From NCBI GenBank assembly GCA_965113315.1, contig OZ220369.1: 64,000 nt of DNA. The stretch is one strand, 5' to 3'. The position numbers and the translations under genes are program-made. Positions 1 through 12,100 of this stretch are shown piece by piece; the stretch's first letter is position 1, and each line of letters starts with the position of its first letter. A model generated the notes under the pieces. That model was not told where the DNA came from. It worked only from the letters and a program-made list of their open reading frames with translations, and searched no databases. Source of the DNA: Podarcis vaucheri. Taxonomy: Eukaryota.

Positions 1-77
1 TTTCTTTGGGGCAAAGATTCCCCCCCTCCCCTGAGTAAGCAGCTCCAAATGACTACTCTCCTTCTTGGGCCCCCCAG

Positions 78-156
78 TACCAAGCATGCTGACAGCATCG
101 ATCTAGAGCTGGAAGTGGACCCCTTGAACGTGGATCATTTCTCCTGCACACCGCTG
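78..156 (+). CDS. CAMTA1: CAMTA1 exon (TKHADSIDLELEVDPLNVDHFSCTPL), ankyrin region
   Basis: ccccag|t ... ccgctg|gtaagt. Confidence 0.95.
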
Positions 157-3100
157 GTAAGTAGCCACGCCCTGCGCACGAGGTGCTCAAAGTCTCTTTT
201 CTTCGCAGCTTGTGGTAACCAGGGAGAGGGTGGCATGAGTTTCCCATTGGGATCATTGCACAAGTTTTGCATCCTTAACCTGCCACTCCCTTTCCCTGAG
301 CATATGTGATGGCTTGCCAGCTGTGTCCAACTCCAAGAGACTTGAATGTGAAATAATGGAGCTGTCATATCCTGGGGTGCACACACCAAGACTTGACAAG
401 CCTACAAACAGATAGTTATTTGAGTGGGTCCTGTACTCTGCCACAGTCCCCTCCCCTTTTCTTCCTTGCCCACCCAACTTCTTTTTACTTCCAGATGTGG
501 GCATGTGCGCTGGGCCACATGGATGCAGCTGTGGTCCTTTACAAGTGGGACCGCCGCGCTATCTCCATCCCCGACTCCCTCGGGAGGCTCCCCTTGGCTA
601 TTGCTCGTTCTCGGGGCCACGTGAAGCTGGCTGAGTGCCTCGAGCACCTGCAGCGGGAGGAGCAAGCCCAACTCAGGCAAACCCCCCGGATCCCCTGTCC
701 TTCGCATGAGGAACCCAGCAGTGAGAACTGGATCGCCCAGTGGCACAGTGAGATGGTGGCCTCTCAGGAGCCCCAGAAGGGAGTCACCGTGATTTCCAAT
801 TCCAATACAGGTAGGATGTTGTTGTTGTTGTTTTTTGAAAGGCCTCCATCACATTCCTTGGAGAAAAGGTTTGGCCCATCCCCCTCCTCCTTCATTTGTT
901 TCCCAGAAACTTAGGATGATCACACAGTGGCTAACTTTGGACATCAGTATCCTGGCTCAATAAGCTGAGCTATTCACAAACCTTCTACCTGCTGGCTCCA
1001 TCCACTACTTTCTTCTGATCTTGCTGCACACCATGAAGACTTCCTGGGTTAACCATTATTTCCTTTTCTGTCCAAACCAGGAAATGCTGGTTACTAGGGT
1101 GCGGGCACACCAGGTTTTGAGACAAACTTCTATTATTGTTTCAGATCCTGGTTTGTGCCAGCCCTGGCAACCATGGTTTCCTGGTTTATATGGAATGGGA
1201 AGCTATGGTTACTTTACACCTGACATCTGGTACTGAGGAGGGAAGGGGCAGTGCAACAGCAGAACACAGGCACAAGGCCCCCTATGTACCCCAGCTTAAT
1301 GAGTTCTGTTCATCCAGTGCAGGTGATTGAGTCCTCTTGGTTTATCACAACTAGACCCTTGCCTTCCTGTTATGATCAGGATGAGGCCAGTTTAGAGACC
1401 AGTTTTGCTCCCTCCCAACAGTGTCCACCAAATGTGCCCTTTTACACAGGGATGCTATTCACATAAGTGGGGAAACTAAGGTGCCTGCCCCCTCTGACAT
1501 AAGGAGGGGGCCTCCGTGCATCTCCATACAGAGCTGATGCAGAGGTGCTCTGCTGTTCCCCACCTTGAGCACTTGCTTGCCAGACTTCCAGAGCCTCATG
1601 GTCCCTTTGGCAGAGTGAACGCAGGGCATATTTCATGGGAGATGCACATGCACACTTGCATGACTGAATCCTGACTTGTCTTCTGTTTGGTTCCAGAGCT
1701 GAGGCGGCCCCGGTCCGAGCCCTCCAGTTACTACAGCAGCGAGAGCCAGAAGGAGTACCCCGCGCCCAAAAAACACAAACTGAACCCCGACTACTTCTCT
1801 GCTCGGCAGGAGAAGCTTCTTTCCACCGCCCTGAGCCTGGAGCAGCCGAGTGCCCGGAAGCCAAGCTCCAGTGCTAAACAATCCCTCCCAGAGACAATCA
1901 GCCCCAGGCATGGGGTGCGGGACTATGCGCGGGAGCTTGTCTCCGAAGTGGCTGGCTACCACGGCTCCGGCACACAGGCAGGGGCCAAGTGGAGCCCAAA
2001 GGAGGCGTATATTGGCGTGCCTGCGATGCAGGTGGCAGGCAGCCCCAAGGGGCTGGCGCTGGGGAAGGACTCAGGGGCCCAGCGGCTCCATCCGCGGGAG
2101 CAGATGAGCATGCTGATGATGGCGGAGCGGGAGGTGGCTGACGCAGAGCTCCTCTCCTTCCGGGACGGCACAGAAAGTGAGGACTGCTTGCATCACATGG
2201 ATGACCTGCAGGTGAGCCTTCATAAAACACACACCAGGGGAGTGAACCGTCCAATATCAAAAGAACTGCAAACAAAACAATCATTAAAATGACTAGCTAT
2301 GCAAGAGGTAGTTTAAACATTTAAAAAAATTCATGAAAAAGCTGGAAATGAGAATGTCATTGCCAAGAGTCTGCTGTCAGCCACACAGACCAATCAGAAT
2401 GAATTTACCTGAACCAAGCATAATAAGATTCGCTTGTCATCACAAGCTACTGCTAAACAGGCTTGCAACGTCGTGTGATGGGTCAAGGCCTCAACCTTTG
2501 CCAATTGCAGAATACTTTTTACCTTCCAAACCCAAGCACAAGCATTTTATGTACAGCATACCTCCTCGGTCTGACAGGAGCAGGTTCTGGGACCCAACAG
2601 GAAGGGAAGCGGTGGGAAGTGCTGTTCTTGCCTTGTCTCCACCCACATGCCCCTGAAAAGCTTTCCTTCTCACTTCACAGGTGACCATGATGACTCTGGC
2701 AGAGCACATCATCGAAGCGACCCCAGAGAGGATCAAGCGGGAAAACTTTGTGCCGATGGAGGCGCCACCAGCTGAGAGGACGGAGAGCGCCACCATTAGC
2801 ACTTCAATGAGCTGGCTGGCCAGTTACCTCGCGGATGTCGACCATTTACCAAGTGCTGCTCAAATAAGGTCTGTGGCCTTGTATTACCAGGACTGGTCGA
2901 GCTTATGATGCCCGCTGGCCCATATTAACTTTTCTGGCCTTCACCTTGCAAAACTGAAAACCCACCAGGCAAGGGGGGGGCCTCCTTGTTGTTGCTGCTG
3001 GTGCTGCCATATTGGGGGGGGGAGGAATCTCCTACCCAGTGCCCAGCTGTTAGATGCTTTAATTCATTTTTGAATTTTGGGTTACAACAGCTAAAATGAA

Positions 3101-6100
3101 TCCACTTTCTTTTTCTGAGTCAAGCCAGTAAAGGTTCAGAACATCCCTGAAACAGGTTCCATTCAGGTTCGCTGGGTGTGGAGCAAGTTAACTAGTTACG
3201 ACAAAGTTTCAGCCCTTAACCCTCAAGTACTGTGAAATAAAGATCCCTGGAATGCTAAATAGTAAGCTTGCAGCATGTTTTCATGCTGTTTCAACAAGGG
3301 TTGGCACATTCTGGGTCACCAAGACTTAGCCCCTGCCTCAGAGAGGGTGAAGTGTAGTTTTATGGTGCTGGGAATCATAGCTGTGTAAGGAGGTAAACTG
3401 CAGTTCGATGATTCTTTGGGGAATCTATGTGTTTTCACTGTATGGCTCAGATGTGACCAACTCACTTGTCTCTCCCCACCCTTAATCTGAACCAAATCCA
3501 GGATTTGTTCTTTTTCTCCAGCCAGCCAGCATGTCTTGGTGTTTGTGCAGCTATGACCCTCTTCCCCCTGTGCCTCTTTTTGCAGAAGCCTGTACATTGG
3601 ACCCCTGACCCCTTCTTCCAACACCAGCCTGAGCCCTGCAAGCTCACCAGTCAATGAAATGGCTTTTGAGAAGCCCAGCCTCCCTTCGGCAACAGACTGG
3701 ACAGAATTCCTAAGCGCCTCCACCAGCGAGAAAGTCGAAAACGAGTTTGCGCAGCTGACCCTCTCCGATCACGAGCAGAGAGAGCTCTACGAGGCTGCCA
3801 AGCTGGTCCAGACGGTCTTCAGGAAATACAAGGTGAAGGGGAGAAGTCGCTGTTGGTAGGGGTGGGTGCAGGGAGATGGCATCGGGGTGCATGGAAGCCT
3901 CCAAACCTCCATTTGGAATCAGTGGCACTCCGATGCCAGCTGACAGAAATAAGTTACTTTAGAGCACAGTAGCAAGTGAAGTGGAAGCCCGGGGCTGGTG
4001 TTTGGCACATGATTGTCCAATCTGCCCCTGCATGTGTTAAAGGGGGCAGCAACAAAAATGGCGCAGGAAGATTCAAGGGAGGTGCCTTCCTCCCCTGCTG
4101 ATGCTGCAAATACATTGTTCAGTTTGCTCTATGTTCTCCTGTAGTGTTTGCTTCCCCACTACAAAACATGAGCTGTCACTGACAGGAGCAGGAAAATGCA
4201 CTTCATGGTTGTGTCAGGTGGTGCTCCAGAGGCTTCTGCATTGGACAGCCTGATGTTCTTTGCCACACTTCTTTCCATGCTTTGAGTTCCAGTTCTCACA
4301 GGGTGCTTCTCTGAGGTATTCAGAGAATAATCTACAGCCTTGACACAGTTGCACTTATATGCTGCGGCACTCAGGTCCTGCTTGCAGTCCCATTACCTCT
4401 ACCATTTGTCCCCTTCCCTTGCAGGGACGCCCCCTCCGGGAGCAACAGGAAGTGGCCGCTGCTGTCATTCAGCGTTGTTACCGGAAATACAAACAGGTGA
4501 GCTGCAGATGGCTTTATATTGGTACCACCAGGCAAGTGTGAGAAGCCACCCTGGACTGCTTTGTTTCTTATAACTCAGCAGAGAGCTACTTCAGAAGCTT
4601 CAAAGATGGAGTGTGCCCAATTTTCAGCCTCCACAAGTGAAGGAGCCTGGATTACTCCTGCTTCCTTTGCCTCACACCTCTTGTGAAAAAATTAAGCATC
4701 CCAAAGAGAGAGGCCCTCTGATCCAACAGCTCATTGCATGGTCAAACAGTTTCAGCACCATTTCAGACGACAGGTTGGGGTGGGAATCAATAGCATGACA
4801 CCTTTAAAAAAAGCTTGTTAGACCTCAGTCCTGTTCATCCTTTCCTCTCCACCTGAAGCCTCAGAGTAATCCCCCAGATCAATGTGTTGAGTCAAACTTC
4901 TGTAAATATGTGCATGGAAGCTTAACTTGCATTTTTTCTGTATTTGAGTAAATGTACAGATTCAAGGTGGTGGCAAGGTATGGGAGCTAATGGGCCAGAT
5001 AGGTTGTGAGGGAGGACAGGGCCCTCTTTATGTGGAAAGGAATGTATAAGAAGGACTTTAGGAAATCTGCTATCAGGGGGAAATATTCTATCCCAGCCAT
5101 CTGTCTGACATGCTAGTCCCCAACCCCATTCAGTTCAGCAATCTTCACCCCACCTTGCCATCTGAACAGCCCAGGAACAGTTTCGAACACACGTTGATGG
5201 CCCTTTTTTGCCTTGAAGCCCTGAGATTCTAGTAGTTTTTTAGGTGTTGCATACATCAAGTATGTAGCTGTATTTACTGTAGCCGCCAGCAACCTACTTT
5301 TGTTTCCAAACTGCCATGCTTCGTGCTGTGGTGTCATAATGTAGAGCAGCAGAGGTTATGAGGAGGACTCTAAAGATATCTACTCAGTGTGCACAGCACT
5401 CTAGCCATTGTCAACCACTGGTTTTGCTTGAGATTCACCACAGAGAGAGGGTGAGAGCTGGTTTATTTCCATGTTATGTTGCTGCAGCAGTCCCCAATAG
5501 CCAATAAAGTTGGGGTATTGCTGTGGTGTTTAACTTTCAAGGCAGGAGAGAGAGAGAATCTCTAAAAACAAAAGCTGAGGAATGGCTTCCTTCAGAGGCT
5601 TGGCAGTGGCCCACATATTTAGGCTGAGTTCTCAACCACCAATGGCAGAGCTTTTTCTGAGGAAATTGGTAAAGCTCAACTCTGCAGGCTCCCAAGCAAA
5701 CAGCCCTTTCCCAGCCATCTTACACTGACCCCACAGCAGGACTCTCCAGGGAATTACTGCTGCAGCAGCAACTTCACACTCTCCTCCCTCCCTGTTGTGG
5801 TTGAACCTGAATGTGGCTGTTGGCCTCCAGCAGCACCCATTTGCTTTGAGAGAATCTCTTCTGGAGGCACCCAGGTCTCCTAAGGAGGCAGAGCCCCTCA
5901 CTCTGTGCTGATGATGACTGACATGGCAGGTCGTTGAACGTTAATCTTGTATTTTCTGTTTCTCCCCCTCCCAAGCTTACTTGGATAGCCTTGAAGGTAA
6001 TGACTGAAAACTCCCAGCATTTGGGCTCATAAGCTTTTCACTTTCATTGCAAGCCAAGGAAAGGATCTGTCCATTTTGCTAGAGCACGTGGGTTGCATCC

Positions 6101-9100
6101 TGCTGTGGAGCGTGCATGCCAGCAGTCCTGCTTTGTTATGAATGGCAACCTGTCCCTTATGAAAGGGGCACATTTTTAGGGCCTTGCCTGGCATCACAGA
6201 ATTTGCTGGGGAGGGAGTTAGACTTGGGGTGCATGCCGGAGGGAGAGACCGCAAATCACTGCAAAGCAAGGAAGGACTTCTACAAGTAGCTAAATAGGTT
6301 AAATTTAAAGTTGTTAAAATAATGAAGTCTAATATAATTTCCTTAGCTTTTTCATTTATATGTTTTTGCACTCAATGGCCAAAGCTCTGGATGGCAGGGA
6401 AAGAAACTGGCTCAGAAACAGCCTGCCCATTTTCCTTTAAGTTTATATAATTGAAGTGGGATAGGTGCTTTTTAATTTAAAAATGAAAGCTGAAAATTCA
6501 GGGAAGTTGTCTGGTCCCTGGAAGCCCACCTCCAGTTTGGCACACTGGCCTTCCATTCCTACCATTTCACAGGCACGCAGAATTTGCCAAGGATGGGCCA
6601 GAATGGGGGCCTGAGTCCTCTCCTATCCCCTCTTTCCCAGTACCTTCTTCCTTCACCTACAAATGTGGTGACCCCCTAAACTGCTCCCCATATAGAGAAC
6701 ATACCAGTTTGCTTCCTTGATTAGGAGAATTGAGAGAGAACATCATCTGGCAGCAGTGCAGATCTGGCAATTTGGGGGGAGAGGTTCAAGCACAATTTGG
6801 CGGTGGGTTAGGGTAGAGCAGTGGGGAGACTTTGATGGTTTAGAGGCACTCTACCCCCAAGGGGTAGCTTATGCGGCCAGGAAACAAGGAGTGGCAGCTT
6901 CATCTTGTCCAGTTTCTCCATTCATTGACCCATGTGTCAGACAGTAGGGGCTAGATCAACCGTTGGCCCAGTCTAACATGGTGGCAAGCCTTGTGTGTCA
7001 AGTAGGCACAGAGCCCACTTTTTCTGTGTGGTGCTGGTTTGCACATAATACTAAGCCAAGGCTCATGGCTTGTTCCTCTTGGCTCCAGGCAGGTTGGAAA
7101 CCCTAATTGTACAATGCCAAGGGAAAACAGGCATCAGTTCTCCTGTGCATCAGCTGTTGGGTGACAGAATGAAAGCCTGCTGGATCAGCTGCTCAGGGCT
7201 TGCAGACCACTTTGTACACGGGTTCCCCGGTGCAAGTGGGATATCCCATATGACATCATTATGACATCATTTGATTGACATGTGGGTTGTCCTCACCTAC
7301 CTGTCAAAGTTGGTCCATGGGGGCCTGGCCCACGGAGCTGGAAATGTTGTTCACCCTTGCATTGGATGCTGCCCATTCATGTTAAACATGACCAACTGCA
7401 TAGCATGATGTTTGAACCAGCCCACTATCAGGTTGAAAATTGGTGAAGTATTTGGCCTAGTGTGCAGGTTTGTGTGCTTTCTCTGTCTCTTACACGTGCA
7501 CAATAAATGGAAACCAAGTCTTAGAGCAGATTAGATTTTTTAAAAAAAACATTTCCCCCCATACTCTGAGGAGTAATTGAAATATTTTTGTCATTATCCA
7601 TAGAAAGCACTCTTAATTGGGAAACATTAATATTTCCTAAAAGTCCCAGTCTAGTCAGCTTCCAGTTTGTGGAACATACATGTGCACCATCCAGAGATGA
7701 CTAACAGGTGTGGAAGGCCTGCCACAGATGATACACCTTGCGTTGAGATGCATTCTGCATTTTCAGAGCAGAGCCTTTTTTGCATATTCAGCTGCCCATC
7801 CTCAAGGGATTGAGCTGCTTTGTGTGGAGAACCAGTGGAGGAGAGGGGGGTTACAGGTAACAAGGAATGGAATTTATAGGTGCAATCTTTCCCCCTATTA
7901 TGTGCCCTGCTTAGTAAAAGCAGCAGGGTACTTTTTCTGTTATCGCAGTGAAATTCTTCTGTGCCCATCTCTGGATTTTCCCCTGAGTGACTGTTATTTT
8001 TGCCTTTGGGAGTGCTTCAGCCTCTCTCTCTCTCTCTTTCTCTCTCTTCCCCTTGCAGTATGCACTTTATAAAAAGATGATACAAGCTGCCATCCTCATC
8101 CAGAGCAAATTCCGAAGCTACTACGAACAGAAGAAATTCCAGCAGAGCCGGAGAGCTGCTGTCCTAATCCAGCAGTTCTACCGCAGCTACAAGGAATGTG
8201 GGAAGAGGAGACAAAGTCGCAGGACGGCTGCTCTTGTGCAGCAGAAGCTCAGGTGAGGTGGGCATTCTGGAGAAGGTAGACAGGGCAAGGGCTAGTCCTC
8301 ACAGATCTTAGGCAGTCCCCCACATTGACTTGCCAGACAATACCAGGCAGAGTGGATGGATGGATGGAAGGGGGTGTAAGGCAGAGATTGATGCTTATGC
8401 ACTTGAGTAGAAGAATAAATTATGCACCAAGGAAACCTAGATTCTCCCCCCCCCCCCGATGAATCAAGCAAATGCATAGGAACAAACATTATTTCAGAAG
8501 CCACGATTCTGCATCTGTTACCGAAGAGTGCCTGCCAGCTCACAATTGGAAGGGCTAAGAAAGGCAGGGGGCACTGATGGGTGAAGGGACAAAAGGGCAG
8601 CTCAGATAGGTGGGGGCTTTCTAATGCAAGGAGGCTGCAAGATCAGTAAGTACAACAGGAGGGTGGCATTCAGTCACGAAGGACAGAATGAATCAATATG
8701 CATCAAAGCAGGTGTCTGAATAATTCTAGCCAAAGGCCTTGTAGGAAGAAGGCCCATATTCATAAAGTGTTTTGGTTTTTTTATAGTTCTTTCTAAAAAT
8801 AAATATATTAAATTTTTCTCTAATACAGTAAAATTACAACTACAAAAGATACAAATTGAATAAGTAAAATACAGAGTCCTCACTTAAAATTAATTGTTAG
8901 CCTTACCACCCACAGAGGACAGCAGCTCCTCCCAGCTCTCACCTGGGATCTTTCCTTTCTCCTCCCAGCTTCTCACCATGAGAGACTGACCTTTCACTCT
9001 CTCTCACCCAGGGTCCTCCACTGACCATCGACCACCCCATCAGTATACAGTCTTTGGACCTTAATAAAGGCTCCAAACATACGACTCCAAAGAAAGAAGA

Positions 9101-12100
9101 AAAGGAATAAAAGCAAAGAATAGAAACAAAACAAAAAAGAAAGGAACAATAAAAAAGAAAGAAGAGAGAGAGAGAGAGTAAAACAGACAAAATAAAAAGA
9201 AACTAGCAAAAAAAAAATGCAGCGTTTTGTCAGCCAGCCTCCCTTATTATGAGTAAAAGCACTAAAGTTTTTACAGACATCAGCTTGGACAGTCTCCCTC
9301 ATGGGAGCATTAAGCTGCTCTATATACCACAGGCAGGCAGTTGGTCCATATAGCTCAGTATTGTTTGCACTGATTGGCAGAGGCTGTCTAGGGTTCCAGA
9401 AAGGGGGAGAGAGTCTTTCCCAGCCTAACTGGAGATGTCTGGGATTGAACTTGAGCTTTTCAGCATTGAAAGCAGATGCTCTACTACCACTTACTTAGAT
9501 GGCCTTTTCCCCTCCCCACTTCCTCCTTGGTAACTCCTGGACCCTGATGTTCTCTTCCTTCCTTCCTTTCTTGCAGAAGCAGCTTGCTCACCAAGAAGCA
9601 GGACCAAGCTGCTCGCAAGATCATGCGTTTTTTACGACGCTGCCGCCACAGGTGAGACATCACCAGCGTTCAGTTTCTAGGTGTGCCCTCCCCAAGATAC
9701 CTAGTTGGGGGCTACAGACCAAGGATTGGAAGGTAGTGCGGACAATCACATAGGGGGGGGCTGCAAATGGTTGTGCCAAGAAACAAAGTTCAGGTGCTCC
9801 CCAGAGGATTGGAGCCTGGTTGGATCACGAGTGTCCATGGATGTTGTCCATGGGAAGTTGACTTGGGCCTCTGAGGGCAAAGGCAGGCACAACACTCTTG
9901 GCTGCAGCCATGTGAACCTTTGCCTGCAGTGTAAATCTGGTTTTATAACATCACTGTTGAGTGCTAGATCTGCTCTTGGTTTGGACCCTCTTATATGCTT
10001 CAGGGGAGCTGCCTGCCTTTAAACATATACAGATGTATACTGTATATTTATATTAGTGGTTCCCTATACCTCATAGAAATATTAATGATCATTTCAAAAA
10101 ACAGATACTAAACTGCCCTGGCAGTTTATTGTGTGGTTGATGCTTTGATGTGGGCATGGTCAATAGGAACCCAGCACCTTTCCTGACAGGCTCAATGTCT
10201 GCAGAAAAATTTTTTAGGTTCAAAAAAGCCCCCTGTGTTTCCCTCCCAGGACAGTGTAAGTCTGTGGTACCCCCAGGTAAGGCAATAGGACATGCTTCTG
10301 TGGGATCCATCCCAAGAGGACTGTCAGTCCAAGCAGTGGGGTGTAGAGGGGGTGCTCCTGTTGCTTCAGAATGAAGAAAGGCCATCTGAAATTTCAGAGT
10401 TTGGCACATGAGGAGGGGAGGCAAGAGGAAAGTGACTGGGTGGATGTGCTAAGAAGGAACAGAAGGGGAACTAAGAGCTTTTCTGCATATGACCCAGGAT
10501 AAAGTATGTCATTTCAGATTTAGGACTAGCTGGGTGATGCTGGAAACTGCAGAGTGCAAATGAGTGCAACCAACAAAGATTGTGGGGTTTGAATGGGCAG
10601 CCAAGTTTCAGGTAGAATTGCTGCTAGGCTGCAGTTGTGCACTTCACCTGCAGTTTGGGCTGGGGTGGTGGGAAGTCACTTAAGTGCAGAAGCTGTCTTA
10701 GGTTGACAGGCCTTTGTATGATGCCATCATGGCTCCCAGCAACAGTTCAAAGCTGCTCAAGACAATGAGTCTGCAGTCCTATGCCCACTTAGTTAGAAGT
10801 AAGCTCCACTGGACTCAGTGGGGCTGAATCTGTAGCATCATATTGTTACCAGCTCCTTCTAGCTGAAATGGGGCCTTCTTAGTCTTCAAGTCATACTCTA
10901 TGATTTATTTTTTTTCTTGTGCACAGAGAGAGCAGCAGGTTTTGTGGTACATAAAAGCACTTTTCAGTCTCAGACCAAGATGCTTTAATGGTTATAGCAA
11001 CTAATGGGTGTGCACATTTTTCAGGAAATACAACTGAGGAAATGAGTTTCAAAACTATTGAGTTGTGCCCTACTCATAATAGACCCATTGAAATTAATAG
11101 CCATGGCTCAATTTGTTACCTTAATTTCAATGAGTGCACTCCGAGTTGGACTAGCATTAGATACAACCCATTATTGAAATCAGTAATGCAGGCCTCTTCG
11201 TCCCCCATGAATTTGCCTGATCCCCTCTTAAAGCCACTGAAGCCACATTTGGTAGAATCAGATTCCACAAGCTAACTACATGCTGTGTCAAAAGTAATTT
11301 CTTTTTCTGTCCTGAATCTACTGCCCACCAAGTTCACAGCGACCCCAAATTATACTGTTGTGAGAGAAGGAGAAGGAAGGAAAAACCCCTGTCTAATTTC
11401 ACCCCATCTCATCCCTACCTACTTCTTACTCTTCTGTTATCTAAAATAAGAAGCCCCCAAACAGTACAGCCTTTGGGATATTCCAACTAAGCTCTTTTTA
11501 GAGTAAGCCCGTGTAAATTAATTAACCTTAATTTAGTCATGCCCATGAACTTCAGTGGGTCTACTCTGGATAGGACAGAGAGTTCTGGAGAATTCAAAGG
11601 TTTGCTTGGTCCATTCTTATTAGTCCTAACAAAAAGACCCCAATATTATCTTGATGTAATAACCATCTCTTGTAACACTAGAATACGTGGACATCCAATG
11701 AAGCTGGATGTTAGAGGATCCAGTACAGACAAACGAAAGTACTCCTTCAGACAGTGTATAATTAAACTATGGAATTTGTTCCCATGGGAGGCATTGAGGG
11801 CCACAAATTTGGATGGCTTAAAAAGAGGATTGGACAAATTCATGGAAGATAAGGCTATCAGTGGTTAATAGCCAGTATGGTTATGCTCCACCTCCCCAAT
11901 TGGAGACAGTAATACTTCTGAATACAAGTCACTAGAAAACTGCAAGAGGGGAGACTGCTTTTAAGTCCTGCTTGTAGACTTCCCATAACCGTCCAGTTGG
12001 CCACTGTGAGAATAGGATGTTGGACTAGATGGGCCACTGGCCTGATCCAGCAGACCCTTCTCATCTGATGTTTTTCGTTGTTTAACTCGATACTAATTCA

